A model generated the notes under the pieces. That model was not told the origin of the DNA and searched no databases. It worked only from the letters and a program-made list of their open reading frames with translations. Shown piece by piece: positions 1-10,591 of a stretch of DNA of 64,000 nt; the stretch's first letter is position 1; each line of letters begins with the position of its first letter. The stretch comes from Longimicrobiales bacterium (GTDB lineage: Bacteria > Gemmatimonadota > Gemmatimonadetes > Longimicrobiales > Gaopeijiaceae): the NCBI GenBank assembly GCA_965219445.1, contig CBDCNQ010000002.1, forward strand, positions 1 to 64,000. Direction: 5' to 3'. A program made the position numbers and the translations under genes.

Positions 1-443
1 CGGGCTACGTACCCCATCAACGGATTACGCCCGAAGTCGCCCTCTTCCCGCCAGGTAACCCGGCTTGCTCCCCCCAAAGCCTCGATCCTGAGTTCGCCGC
101 CAACCGAGGCGCCACCTTCAATCTCCACCTCGTAGCGCACGAACGTCGGCGGTCCACTGCTGGTGATCGTCACCGAGCCGGACCCGAAGTTCGGATCGTC
201 CCAACTTCGGGATGCCCCTACACCCCCGGACGGGCTACTCAGCTCCGAATCGAGGTCGCCCCAGTTGGTCCACCTATCCCATCGGCGCAGGTCGTTGAGG
301 AAAGGGAAAACCTCTGCCGCCTCCGCGTCGATCTGGATCGACGCCTCCGCGGACCATGTGCCGGGAAGCACGAAACCGATCAGCATGAGGGTGGCCAGGA
401 CTGTAGCGATGCCACCGAATACCTTGGCGAGGGGAGCCATCAT
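1..443 (-). CDS. SRPBCC/polyketide cyclase-like protein, runs off window start
   Basis: Manual translation MMAPLAKVFGGIATVLATLMLIGFVLPGTWSAEASIQIDAEAAEVFPFLNDLRRWDRWTNW...GVGASRSW; ATGA overlap with the tesA stop; not in ORF track. Confidence 0.75.
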   Translation of the reverse strand, partial: MMAPLAKVFGGIATVLATLMLIGFVLPGTWSAEASIQIDAEAAEVFPFLNDLRRWDRWTNWGDLDSELSSPSGGVGASRSWDDPNFGSGSVTITSSGPPTFVRYEVEIEGGASVGGELRIEALGGASRVTWREEGDFGRNPLMGYVA

Positions 444-1204
444 AGGCTGGTCTGTCGCTCCGTGTTGAGGCCATCGAGAATGGGACGGAGGTACGCCCAG
501 ACAGTCTCGGCGATCATCCGGTGGCCCTCCCGAGTGGGATGAATGCCGTCGGACTGGTTCAATTCACGGACGCCGGCGACACCCTCGAGCAGGAACGGAA
601 TCAGGGTGCCCCCATTCACTCGGGCGAGCTCGGAAAAGACGGACGAAAAGGCCGAGGCATACGCCTGGCCCAGATTGGGGGGGGCCTGCATTCCCGAAAG
701 CAACAGCCGAGACTCGGGATAGTGGGTCCGCGTGCTGTCGATGACCGCCTGGAGGTTGGCCTTCATCGAGTCGGGCGATAGGCCTCGAAGGCCGTCATTG
801 GCTCCGAGCTCGAGGACCAACACGTCAACGGGAGCCCGGAGAAGCCAGGTGATTCTTCGAAGCCCCCCCGCGCTCGTATCTCCGCTGACCCCGGCATTGA
901 CCATCTGGAAAGGAAGCCCCGCAGAATCTGCCAAGGCTTGGATTTGATTGGTGAAGCGGCTCGCCGGATCGGCCAGACCCAAGCCGAAGGTCAGGCTCGT
1001 GCCAAGGAAGACCACGCGGCCTCCGAGGGTCGCCCGCTGAGCGGGATTCAGCTCGGTCGGGGCGGCGTTGCCCCCGATGTCTAGCGGGGCGGCGTCCCCC
1101 GCGCTTGAACCTTCCTGGCCCGCCGAGCGTACCACGTCCGAGTCACCATCCGAGCCACACGCGGCCTGGGTGAGCCCCAACACCAAAACCCCGATAGCCG
1201 CCAT
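440..1204 (-). CDS. tesA: SGNH/GDSL arylesterase / acyl-CoA thioesterase I, lipoprotein-like signal
   Basis: FLGTSLT, NAGVSGDTSAGG, LELGANDGLRG, DGIHP blocks; adjacent to ybbAP; start may be 1204 or 1237. Confidence 0.9.
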   Translation of the reverse strand: MAAIGVLVLGLTQAACGSDGDSDVVRSAGQEGSSAGDAAPLDIGGNAAPTELNPAQRATLGGRVVFLGTSLTFGLGLADPASRFTNQIQALADSAGLPFQMVNAGVSGDTSAGGLRRITWLLRAPVDVLVLELGANDGLRGLSPDSMKANLQAVIDSTRTHYPESRLLLSGMQAPPNLGQAYASAFSSVFSELARVNGGTLIPFLLEGVAGVRELNQSDGIHPTREGHRMIAETVWAYLRPILDGLNTERQTSL

Positions 1205-1901
1205 GATTCGCGCCGAGGGTCTGTCGAAGGCATACATGAGTGGGGGTCAGCCCCTTCGTGTGTTGGACCGGGTGGATCTCCACGTGGAGCCGGAGAGCTT
1301 CGTGGCGGTCGTCGGCCCGTCGGGTAGCGGTAAGACCACACTGTTGGGCCTCCTCGCCGGACTCGACGAGCCCACCGAAGGCACGGTAACCGTAGCCGGT
1401 CAAAATCTCCAGACTCTTACCGAAAACGGGCGGGCGAGGTTTCGCGCAGACAACGTGGGGTTCGTATTCCAGACGTTTCATCTCCTGCCTACGCTCACCG
1501 CTCTCGAAAACGTGATGGTGCCCCTGGAGCTTCGAGACGGCGCGTCGCAGGCGAATGGGCGTACGATTCGTGAGAAAGCGACGGCGCTCCTGGAGCGGGT
1601 GGGTTTGGGGAACCGTCGGGTTCACTATCCAGCTCAACTCTCCGGTGGTGAACAGCAGAGGGTGGCCCTTGCGCGGGCGTTCGCCAACGAGCCGCGGATT
1701 TTGTTTGCGGATGAGCCGACAGGGAACCTGGATCGGAAGACGGGCCAACGTGTCGTGGAGCTGATGGAGGAACTCAATCAGGAACTCAGAACGACCTTGG
1801 TGTTGGTCACGCACGACCGCGATCTCGCTGGACACGCCCGTCGGACGATCTCTCTGGAGGATGGGCGGATCGTTTCCGATGAGGGCAGGGCGGGGCGGTG
1901 A
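1203..1901 (+). CDS. ybbA: ABC transporter ATP-binding protein (YbbA/LolD-like)
   Basis: [33 protein letters not shown]. Confidence 0.9.
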   Translation: MIRAEGLSKAYMSGGQPLRVLDRVDLHVEPESFVAVVGPSGSGKTTLLGLLAGLDEPTEGTVTVAGQNLQTLTENGRARFRADNVGFVFQTFHLLPTLTALENVMVPLELRDGASQANGRTIREKATALLERVGLGNRRVHYPAQLSGGEQQRVALARAFANEPRILFADEPTGNLDRKTGQRVVELMEELNQELRTTLVLVTHDRDLAGHARRTISLEDGRIVSDEGRAGR

Positions 1902-4510
1902 TTCGAGGCTTTGCAGCCCGCCTTGCCTGGCGGGAAGGGCGGGCGGGCTACCGGCGCCTTTCGGTCTTCGTGAGTTCGATCGCGCTGGGGGTCGGGTCGC
2001 TCGTGGCGATCCACTCCTTCCGGGCGGACGTGCAGCGTTCGCTCGGGGACCAGGCCCGCGCCCTCCTCGGGGGAGACGTCCGGGTCTCGTCCAGGCGGGA
2101 GTTTCCCGAGGCGTTCGAGGCGGTGCTCGACTCCATGGCCGGCCAAGGGAGGGATGTCGCGCGAACGACGACGCTTGCCTCGATGGTGCTCGACACGCGG
2201 AGCCAGGGGGTTCAGCTCTTCCAGATTCAGGGTGTGGACTTCGGCTACCCCTATTACGGGAACATCACGTCCACGCCTGCCGCTGCATGGACGGAGATCC
2301 ACGAGGGTCCCTGGGCCGTGGCCGATCCCGCCGTGCTCATCCAGCTCGACGCGGTCATAGGAGACACGCTGCTGATCGGAGAGGCCCGGTTCGTCCTCAG
2401 GGGCGAAGTCATCGGGATGCCCACGGAGGTTGGGTTCCAGTCGGCCATCGGCCCGCGCATCTACATCGGCCGCGACCGGATACCCTCGACGGGCCTGCTC
2501 ACCTTCGGATCCATCGCACGCTACCACGCCAACTTGAGAATGCCGGAGCGGGAAGACCGAGCCGAGTTTCGTGCCCGCAACGAGGAGCTTCTTGAAACGA
2601 GCCAGCTCCGGTACACCACCGCTCGGGCTGAGGCTCGAGAAATGAGTTCCGCGGTGGAGGATGTTTCGCGCTACCTCGGTCTCATGGGCCTGGCGGCGCT
2701 CTTCCTCGGTGGCATCGGAGTGGCCAGCGCGATCCACGTATACATTCGCGAAAAAGTGATCACTGTTGCCGTTCTCCGCTGTTTGGGGGCGCTCCAGCGA
2801 ACGCTCTTTACCGCCTACCTCCTTCAGGCCGCCGCTCTGGCGCTCACCGGGTCCCTGCTCGGGGTCGGATTGGGGATGGCGGTCCAACGCGGGCTGCCGC
2901 TGCTGCTCACCGGCTTGTTGCCCCTGGGGGTCACGACGCAGGTGTCGTGGCTCGCCCTCGGGGCGGGTGTCGCTCTCGGCGTCTGGGTGGGAATCATGTT
3001 CGCACTGGGCCCGCTCCTGGAGGTTCGGGGAGTCTCCCCGCTCACCGCGCTCCGCCACGACTTCGAGCCTCCGAAACGCACTGATGGATTGCGCGTCGGC
3101 GCCTTCGTGCTGCTCGCGGTCACCTTGGTGGGCCTAACGGTGCTGGAGGCACCCGAGCTGGATCAGGGAGTCGGCTTCGCGCTCGTGCTCGGGGGCGTGG
3201 CGCTCGCGCTTTGGGCGACGGCGCGGGTGCTGATCTATGCCACGAAGCGGTTTTTCCCACACGGGATGTCCTACCCGGTGCGGCAGGGGGTGAGCAACCT
3301 GTTCCGTCCACGCAACCAAACCGTTGCGGTGACGCTGGCTCTGGGCTTCGGCGCGTTCGTCATGGGAACGGTGGGGCTCGTCGAGACCAGCCTCACTCAG
3401 GCGTTTTCGCTCGAGGCGGCCGCTGGCAAGTGGAACCTTCTGCTCTTCGACGTCCAGTCGGACCAACGTGAGACGGTAGAGGATTTCCTCGAGTCACGTG
3501 TAGCCGGCCCTCTCGAGGTGACGCCACTGGTGCCGTCGCAGCTGTCGGCGATCAACGGCGTCCCGGTCGAGACTCTCTTGGAGGCGCCCCGTGGTGAGCG
3601 GCCCCGATCGTGGGCTTTGCGCCGGCAGTACCGAAACACGTACCGGGCCGAGCTCACCAGCTCCGAGGTCCTGCTCGCGGGTGATTGGTGGGACGCGCCG
3701 ACGCCTGGAGAGGCCGACGAAGGGGCCGGGGACGAGGTGGCTGGCGACGGGAGGGGGGGCGACGTGGGGGCTGGTGTGGGGGCCGGCGTGGCGAGGATCT
3801 CCATGGAGGCGGATCTGGCCGAGGATCTCCGCGTCGGGCTCGGCGATCACATTACATGGGACTTTGCGGGGGTGCCCGTCGAGTCGCGGATCACGAGCCT
3901 GCGGACCGTCGATTGGGCCCGGTTCCAGACGAACTTTTTCGTAGTTTTCGAACCTGGCGCTCTGGAGGAAGCTCCTCAGACGGCGGTCGTCCTGGCCTTT
4001 ATCGAGGGCGAGCAGGAGAGAGCCGAAATGCAGCGGGATCTCGTCCTTCGTTTCGCCAACGTCTCGGTTCTGGACCTCTCCCGGCTTCAGCAGACCATCG
4101 ACGATATTCTCGAGCGGGCGAATCAGGGGATCCGTTTTCTGGGTGTCTTCAGTACGGTCGCCGGCGTCCTGGTGTTGATCGGGGCGCTCGCGACGTCGCG
4201 TTATCAGCGGATGCGCGAGAGTGCGCTCCTGAAGACGCTTGGGGCGTCCAGGCGGGTGGTGCTCCAGGTTCTCACGGTCGAATACGCGGTGCTGGGCTCG
4301 CTCGCGTCCGCCGCCGGACTCGTCCTAGCCATTTTCGGAGGATGGATGATGACGTGGAGCGTATTCGAGGTTCCTTTCCGCCTGGACCTCGCCCGACTTG
4401 GAACCGTGTGGCTGTGGGTTACGTCGGTGACAGTCGTCGTAGGCCTGATTGGGAGCCGCGGCGTGCTCGCCCGCCCGCCCTTGGCCGTGCTACGGGATGT
4501 GGTGGGGTAG
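1898..4510 (+). CDS. ybbP: ABC transporter permease, FtsX/MacB-type (YbbP-like)
   Basis: 870 aa, duplicated TM/periplasmic architecture, LLGGDV, RTVDWARFQTNFFVVF; GTGA overlap with ATPase. Confidence 0.88.
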   Translation: MIRGFAARLAWREGRAGYRRLSVFVSSIALGVGSLVAIHSFRADVQRSLGDQARALLGGDVRVSSRREFPEAFEAVLDSMAGQGRDVARTTTLASMVLDTRSQGVQLFQIQGVDFGYPYYGNITSTPAAAWTEIHEGPWAVADPAVLIQLDAVIGDTLLIGEARFVLRGEVIGMPTEVGFQSAIGPRIYIGRDRIPSTGLLTFGSIARYHANLRMPEREDRAEFRARNEELLETSQLRYTTARAEAREMSSAVEDVSRYLGLMGLAALFLGGIGVASAIHVYIREKVITVAVLRCLGALQRTLFTAYLLQAAALALTGSLLGVGLGMAVQRGLPLLLTGLLPLGVTTQVSWLALGAGVALGVWVGIMFALGPLLEVRGVSPLTALRHDFEPPKRTDGLRVGAFVLLAVTLVGLTVLEAPELDQGVGFALVLGGVALALWATARVLIYATKRFFPHGMSYPVRQGVSNLFRPRNQTVAVTLALGFGAFVMGTVGLVETSLTQAFSLEAAAGKWNLLLFDVQSDQRETVEDFLESRVAGPLEVTPLVPSQLSAINGVPVETLLEAPRGERPRSWALRRQYRNTYRAELTSSEVLLAGDWWDAPTPGEADEGAGDEVAGDGRGGDVGAGVGAGVARISMEADLAEDLRVGLGDHITWDFAGVPVESRITSLRTVDWARFQTNFFVVFEPGALEEAPQTAVVLAFIEGEQERAEMQRDLVLRFANVSVLDLSRLQQTIDDILERANQGIRFLGVFSTVAGVLVLIGALATSRYQRMRESALLKTLGASRRVVLQVLTVEYAVLGSLASAAGLVLAIFGGWMMTWSVFEVPFRLDLARLGTVWLWVTSVTVVVGLIGSRGVLARPPLAVLRDVVG

Positions 4511-4573
4511 CCTGGTCAAAGATTGACCGATATCGCGAGCCTTCGTCTGACATTTCGGGCATCTCGGTCATGG

Positions 4574-5745
4574 TCATCGGCTGCCGGCAGAAAAGTCACG
4601 GAGCCGCTCGCTGGCCTTCTCCAGGGTCTCCAGCCTCTTGCAGAACGCGAACCGCACCAGGGATCGTCCGAGTTCTGGGGGCGAAAAGAAACTGGACCCC
4701 GGCACCGGCAAGACCCGAGCGTCGCTCGCCATGCGCCGTGAGAAGGCATCGTCCGATTCGTCACTGAGCCCTGAGAAGTCGGCGAGGATGTAGTAGGCTC
4801 CCTGGGGCTTCTCACACTCGAATCCGGCGTCCACGAGAGCACTGTGCAGCACGTCTCGGCGTGCTCGATAATCCTGTACCATGCCGGAGTAATACTCTGG
4901 ACCCAGGGACTCCAGGCCAATGGCGCAGGCGTCCTGAAGAGGGGCTGGGGCACCCACAGTGAGGAAATCATGAACCTTCCGAATGGCCCCCGTCAGATCC
5001 GGCGGCGCGATGATCGTGCCGATCCTCCAGCCAGTGACGCTGAACGTCTTAGAGAGCCCGCTGACCGTGATCGTGCGATCGCGCATTCCGGCCAGGGTTG
5101 CGATCGGAATGTGCTCTCCCTCGTAACAAATGTGCTCCAGACCTCATCGGTGATGGCGAGGAGGTCGTGCTCGAGACAGAGGGCCGAGATCGCCTCCAGC
5201 TCGGATCGATCGAAAACCCTGCCGGTCGGATTGTTGGGAGTGTTGACTACGATTGCCCGTGTGCGGCTCGTGACCAGAGAGGCCAGACGATCGGGATCGA
5301 GGCGGTACTGGGGAGGCTCGAGCGGCATGAAGACGGGATGGGCCCCGCAAAGTATGGTGTCCGGGCCGAAGTTCTCATAGAACGGCTGAAGGATGATCAC
5401 CTCGTTTCCCGGATCGACGAGCGCGAGCATGACGGCGGCCATCGCTTCTGTCGCACCGCACGTCACTGTGATTTCCCGATCACCCTCCACGTCCATGCCG
5501 TACCGCTCCTGATACTTGGCCACTAGGGCGTTGCGGAGACGTGGCGATCCCCATGTGATGGCGTATTGATTGCGGTTCGCGCGAATCGCGACGCAGGCTG
5601 CCTCCTTCAGCAGTTCGGGAGCGGGGAAGTCGGGAAACCCTTGAGCCAGATTGATGGCGTCGTGTTCTCGAGCCACCCGTGTCATCTCACGAATGACCGA
5701 CTCGGTGAAATCGTGGGTTCGTCGGGCTGTACGTGGCGCGGCCAT
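4574..5745 (-). pseudogene. PLP-dependent aminotransferase class I/II (YbdL-like), split by one frameshift near 5137
   Basis: AINLAQGFPDFP, NTPNNPTG, ITDEV in one frame; EHICYEG and SGLSKTFSVTGWRIG in the next; one added G restores the frame. Confidence 0.85.
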
Positions 5746-5859
5746 GATGTTCGTTTCGTTGTAGGTTGGTCGGGTCCCGAGCCGCTCGGAGTGCCGAGAC
5801 AATTCTGCAGCAAGACACTACCATACCCGGCCGATCCGATCAAAAGAGGAGAGCCACAC

Positions 5860-6450
5860 TTGGTTTCAAAGGCAGCTTTCGTGATCGTCCTCTTGGGGAC
5901 ACTTCTGATCCCGGTTCGGGGTGACGCACAGATTTCACCCCTCCAGTGGGAAGGGCGGGGAGGGGTTTGGATCCCTACCTCCGATCTCGTTGGGGCTCAG
6001 GGTTTTGAGGGAGCTGCATCGACCGACGCCAGTTTCGGAGTTCACTTCGTGCTGAGGAGCGGACTGATCAGCTTCGTGGTTGGCTTCAGTGAACACCGCT
6101 TCGGCTGCACGGCGGTCCAGTGCGTCGAGGCGGTGGACTTCGTATCGACGGCGTGGGACCTGGGTGTGCGTGTGAACTTTCGCGAAGCTGGGATTGTCCC
6201 GTGGGTGAGCCTGGGAGCGACGGCGGCACTTTTCGATGCACGTGTCGACACCGGGGGTGGCGTTGCGCGGGAGGCATCGGACCGAGACTGGGGATACGAG
6301 GTCGGGGCCGGGTTTCTGGTCCCGGTCGGAGGACCATTCGCGCTCAACCCGGGCGTGCGCTATGGGCAAAGCGATGCCGATTTTGCCTCGCGGCGCCCGA
6401 TGGAGACGCGATATATCATAGCGGACCTAGGGCTCGTCCTCGCCTTTTGA
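5860..6450 (+). CDS. Outer-membrane beta-barrel protein
   Basis: GAGGAG RBS before TTG, signal peptide, alternating beta strands, C-terminal Phe (LGLVLAF). Confidence 0.75.
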   Translation: MVSKAAFVIVLLGTLLIPVRGDAQISPLQWEGRGGVWIPTSDLVGAQGFEGAASTDASFGVHFVLRSGLISFVVGFSEHRFGCTAVQCVEAVDFVSTAWDLGVRVNFREAGIVPWVSLGATAALFDARVDTGGGVAREASDRDWGYEVGAGFLVPVGGPFALNPGVRYGQSDADFASRRPMETRYIIADLGLVLAF

Positions 6451-6479
6451 ACGGCCACGCGGCCCCTTCTTCGAGGAGC

Positions 6480-9400
6480 ATGACGCCTGTGAAGCGGACA
6501 TCCAAGTCTGGAGTGCTTCTCCCGCTCCTCGCGCTATCCCTGTTCGTAGCACCGGTCGCCGAGCCGGCCATGGGGCAGGTGAGCGCCGACCAGTTCGCGA
6601 GGATGTCCGCACGGAGCATTGGCCCCGCCGGTGGGACGGGGCGGATCTCCGCCATCGACGCGGTCGAGGCCGATCCGAACGTCATATATGTCGGGGCGGC
6701 CCCCGGTGGGATCTGGAAGTCCGTCAATGGGGGCCAAACATGGCGTGCCGTGTTCGACGACCAGCCCATTTCCGACATCGGCTCGATCGTGATCAACCAA
6801 GCCTTCCCCAACGTAGTGTGGGTCGGTATCGGGGAGGGGAACAGCACCGGAGATCCGGGGGTGGCCGCCGCGTACCGGTCGCTCGATGGCGGCGAGACGT
6901 GGGCCCCTGCGGGGCTGCTTGGACTCGAGGGTGTCCATCGTATTCTGTTGCACCCGTCGAACCCGGACATCGTGTATGCCGGTGTTTCGGGGGTGAAGTG
7001 GGAAGACGGAGGGGATTCCGGGGTCTACAAGACCACCGACGGCGGGCAGACATGGATCCGCGTTCTCTTTGTGGACGAAAGAACCGGTGTCTCGGATCTG
7101 GTCATGGACCCGAGCGATCCCGATCTCCTGTTCGCGGGCATGTTCTCCAGCCGAGCGTATCCGTGGTCCGTTGAGCCGAAGGGCCCGGGTAGCGGGCTCT
7201 TTTTGACACGGGATGGCGGAGAGTATTGGGTTCGCCTGGATGAAGAGGACGGGCTTCCTGGGGGCGACGTCGGCCGGATAGCGTTGGATGTGTTCCGGGA
7301 CGACCCGAGGGTCGTTCACGCTCTTGTGGACTCCGGTGAGGGTGTGCTCCTTCGTTCGTACGATCGAGGGCGCACATGGCGAACGGTGACGCGGAGTCCC
7401 GATCTGATTTCGCCCCTCGATGACCCTAGTGACATCGTGGCCGATCCCCTGAACGAGTCGAAACTGTTTCACCTGTCTACTCGCCTCTCCGTGAGCGACG
7501 ATGGTGGAGTGACCTTCCGGGACAATGGCGGAGCAACCCTCCGGAATGACGGGAGCGCCTCGAGACCGGGCTTTCGAGCTCTGTGGATCCAGGCCGGCGA
7601 CCCGCGCCTGCTGTACGGGGGGACCGATCGTGGCCTCTACGTGTCGCGGGACGGCGGGGAGCATTGGAATCCGACGGGGGAGCTTCCCCTGGGCAGGTTC
7701 AACCATGTGTCGGTGGATATGGCGGTCCCCTTCAACGTCTACGGAGGACTGGATCGCAGCGGGTCGTGGGTGGGACCTGCATACGGGTGGACGGAGGGTG
7801 GCGTCCGAAACCGTGATTGGACGGTGCTCGGACCCGACGAAGGCTTCGGCGTCCTGGTCGATCCGCATGAGGCGAACCATGGATACGCCGTTGCCCGGAG
7901 CGGGGATCTGATTCGATTCGACACTCAGACGGGCGAGCGGAAGCGTATTCAACCTTGGGCTCCGGACTTTGCCGACCTCCGCCTCAATCGGGATGTGCCG
8001 ATCGCGCTCGATCCGCATGAACCGGAAGGCATCTACTATGGGAGTCAGTTCGTCCACAAGAGCGTGAATCGCGGTGACAGCTGGCAGATCATCAGCGGTG
8101 ACCTGACTGCCAACGATCCGTCCGGACGACGCGAGGACCGGGATGACGCCCCGGCCGGGGATGGCCCCGAGTACGAGGGCGGCGCCACGATCACGGCTAT
8201 CGCTCCGAGTCCGATCGACCGAGACGTGATTTGGGTCGGCACGGACGAGGGCGATGTCCAGGTAACCCGCTCGGCAGGTGGGGAGTGGGAAAGCGTGAGG
8301 CGCCGAATCGATGACGTTCCGGACAGCAGTTGGGTGGCCCACATCGAGCCCTCCGCTTTCCGACCGGGGTCGGGCTACGTGACCTTCGACGCTCATCGAA
8401 CGGGGAATCGGGAGCCGTTCATTTTTTGGACCGACAACTACGGACATGACTGGAGGAATATCGCCAGGCGCGACATCGAGGGAGTCGTCCATACAGTCGT
8501 GCAGGACCCGATTGAGGAGACTCTGCTCCTCGCCGGAACGGGGGTGGGGCTTTACGTATCTCTCAATCGAGGCGAGGACTGGATCAAATGGACTCACGGG
8601 CTGCCGCCGGTAGCAGTCCACGACCTCGTCCTACATCCACGCGACCACGATCTGGTGATCGCGACGCACGGGCGCGGGGCATACGTGCTCGACGACATCC
8701 GACCCCTCCGGGAGCTCGCTGGGAATCCGGGAACCGCCGGACTCGAGCTCTTTCTCTTCGAGCCGCCTCCTGCGTTCGTCCGCGGCGCACCGGCATCCGA
8801 CGGAGATGGCGGCTCGGAGACGGATGCGAGTCCACGGAGGCAAGAGCGGCCCGCCGGGGTCCTCCTGACGTATTGGTTCGGTCCTAGGTTCGGGGACGGT
8901 GGTGACCGGGGGGACGACGACCAGAATCGAGCCGCCGACGATACGCGCCGCGTCGTCAACGTCGAGATCCTCGACTACGAGGGACGGGTCGTGCGGGCTC
9001 TCTCCGACGTTGCGGTTCCAGGGATGAATCGGATCGTCTGGGACCTCCGGGAGGATCCGCCGACGTTGAGCGGGGCTCTGGGGGAGTTTTCCGACGCGGC
9101 GCTCGGGACCGATGACGGAGGGCTTCGATCCGTGGACGTGTTACCCGGCTTATTCACGGTTCGAATTTCGAGTGAGGGCGCCGAGAGCGTCCGGGATTTA
9201 GAGGTCGGGACGGATGTCGAGGTGGAGATCGACATTCTGGAGCGGATCGCGAAGTATCAGGCCGTGAAGCGCGGCTTGGACCTCGACGCGAGGCTGAGGG
9301 CGCTCAGAGCCGCGATCGCAAGCGTCCAGAACGAGCTCCAAAGAGTGAGTGACGTGGTCGACGGCCGCGGCTTCGCGGGCGATGTGGAGATCCTCGAGAC

Positions 9401-9662
9401 CAGTCAGAGGCTCGGTGACGAGCTGAGAGAGCGGGCCGATTTCCGAGGCGTGATGAGATATCGTCCCGGCGTTCTCGCACTCAGCTCTTCCTACGATGGC
9501 CCGACCGAGGGGCAACGGCTCGATCTGATCCGCATGGAGGAGGAACTCGATGGGCTCATGCAGAGGATCGGTGACTTCTTGATCTTAGATATCAACCGTT
9601 TCGCACGCAGCGTGTATGCGGCCGGTCTGGAGGTATCCTTCTTCATCGGGCCCATCGGTTGA
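6480..9662 (+). CDS. Secreted VPS10/BNR (Asp-box) beta-propeller glycosyl hydrolase-like protein
   Basis: Signal peptide, RSIGPAGGTGRI, many S/T-x-D-G-G-x-T-W Asp boxes, IATHGRG, C-terminal coiled coil. Confidence 0.85.
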   Translation: MTPVKRTSKSGVLLPLLALSLFVAPVAEPAMGQVSADQFARMSARSIGPAGGTGRISAIDAVEADPNVIYVGAAPGGIWKSVNGGQTWRAVFDDQPISDIGSIVINQAFPNVVWVGIGEGNSTGDPGVAAAYRSLDGGETWAPAGLLGLEGVHRILLHPSNPDIVYAGVSGVKWEDGGDSGVYKTTDGGQTWIRVLFVDERTGVSDLVMDPSDPDLLFAGMFSSRAYPWSVEPKGPGSGLFLTRDGGEYWVRLDEEDGLPGGDVGRIALDVFRDDPRVVHALVDSGEGVLLRSYDRGRTWRTVTRSPDLISPLDDPSDIVADPLNESKLFHLSTRLSVSDDGGVTFRDNGGATLRNDGSASRPGFRALWIQAGDPRLLYGGTDRGLYVSRDGGEHWNPTGELPLGRFNHVSVDMAVPFNVYGGLDRSGSWVGPAYGWTEGGVRNRDWTVLGPDEGFGVLVDPHEANHGYAVARSGDLIRFDTQTGERKRIQPWAPDFADLRLNRDVPIALDPHEPEGIYYGSQFVHKSVNRGDSWQIISGDLTANDPSGRREDRDDAPAGDGPEYEGGATITAIAPSPIDRDVIWVGTDEGDVQVTRSAGGEWESVRRRIDDVPDSSWVAHIEPSAFRPGSGYVTFDAHRTGNREPFIFWTDNYGHDWRNIARRDIEGVVHTVVQDPIEETLLLAGTGVGLYVSLNRGEDWIKWTHGLPPVAVHDLVLHPRDHDLVIATHGRGAYVLDDIRPLRELAGNPGTAGLELFLFEPPPAFVRGAPASDGDGGSETDASPRRQERPAGVLLTYWFGPRFGDGGDRGDDDQNRAADDTRRVVNVEILDYEGRVVRALSDVAVPGMNRIVWDLREDPPTLSGALGEFSDAALGTDDGGLRSVDVLPGLFTVRISSEGAESVRDLEVGTDVEVEIDILERIAKYQAVKRGLDLDARLRALRAAIASVQNELQRVSDVVDGRGFAGDVEILETSQRLGDELRERADFRGVMRYRPGVLALSSSYDGPTEGQRLDLIRMEEELDGLMQRIGDFLILDINRFARSVYAAGLEVSFFIGPIG

Positions 9663-10591
9663 TCGGACCGCTTCGCAAGCTTCTCCTGTGGGCATCGGAG
9701 AACGCGTTCTTGAGGGAGCGCATGTCCCGCCTCGCGTTCGTGCAACGGGCGGTACGGCGCTTCATGCCGGGGGAGTCGTCGGAGGCCGCGATCGAAGAAG
9801 CGGTGAAGCTGAGCGCGTCACGAATCACGTCCGTGCTCACTCTCTTGGGCGAAAACGTGACGGATGAGAACGAAGCCGCCGATGTCGGCCGGCATTACCA
9901 AACCGTGTTGGAGGCGATCGCGGACCGAGAGTTGGGGACCGAGATTTCGGTGAAGTTGTCACAGCTCGGAATGGACATCGGGCTCGACGTGGCGGCGGCT
10001 AATCTCGAAGGCATCTTGGCAGCGGCGGAGCAGCGGCAGCAATTCGTCTGGATCGACGCGGAGACCAGCGACAGCGTCGACAGGACGCTCGATATGTACC
10101 GGGCCGTGCGTTCGCGGCATGCGAACACCGGGGTGTGTCTCCAGGCTTACCTGTATCGGACCGCCGGGGATCTCGCCGCCCTGCTGCCGATCAACCCTTC
10201 GATCCGGCTGGCGAAGGGTGCATACGCCGAACCCGCGGAGGTCGCGTTCCCCCGCAAGAAAGATGTCGACCGGAACTACTTGGAGGTGGCGAAAACGCTT
10301 CTCGACGAAGTGCGCCGCGGTAGAGTGCGGGCGGCCTTCGCGACGCACGACGAGCGCCTCATTCGCCGGATCGAGAAGGAGGCCGCAGAGCGTGGAATCG
10401 CCCGTGGAGATTTGGAGTTCCAGATGCTGTATGGGATTGGGACCACAGAGCAAAAGGAGTTGGCCGCGAAGGGCTACAGGGTCGGGGTGCTGATCAGCTA
10501 TGGGACAGCTTGGTTCCCGTGGTATATGAGGCGTCTGGCCGAGAGACCCGCGAACCTGTGGTTCGTCATGAGAAAGATGGTGTCTTCCTGA
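9659..10591 (+). CDS. Monofunctional proline dehydrogenase
   Basis: SVKLSQLG, CLQAYLYRT, RLAKGAY, ATHD, FQMLYG, YMRRLAERPAN. Confidence 0.92.
   Translation: MIGPLRKLLLWASENAFLRERMSRLAFVQRAVRRFMPGESSEAAIEEAVKLSASRITSVLTLLGENVTDENEAADVGRHYQTVLEAIADRELGTEISVKLSQLGMDIGLDVAAANLEGILAAAEQRQQFVWIDAETSDSVDRTLDMYRAVRSRHANTGVCLQAYLYRTAGDLAALLPINPSIRLAKGAYAEPAEVAFPRKKDVDRNYLEVAKTLLDEVRRGRVRAAFATHDERLIRRIEKEAAERGIARGDLEFQMLYGIGTTEQKELAAKGYRVGVLISYGTAWFPWYMRRLAERPANLWFVMRKMVSS

Noticed and set aside
6534..8621. Long antisense ORFs here and at 1778-3058, 26470-28038, 34040-35494, 39979-41340
   Set aside because: Opposite well-supported genes; expected in high-GC DNA
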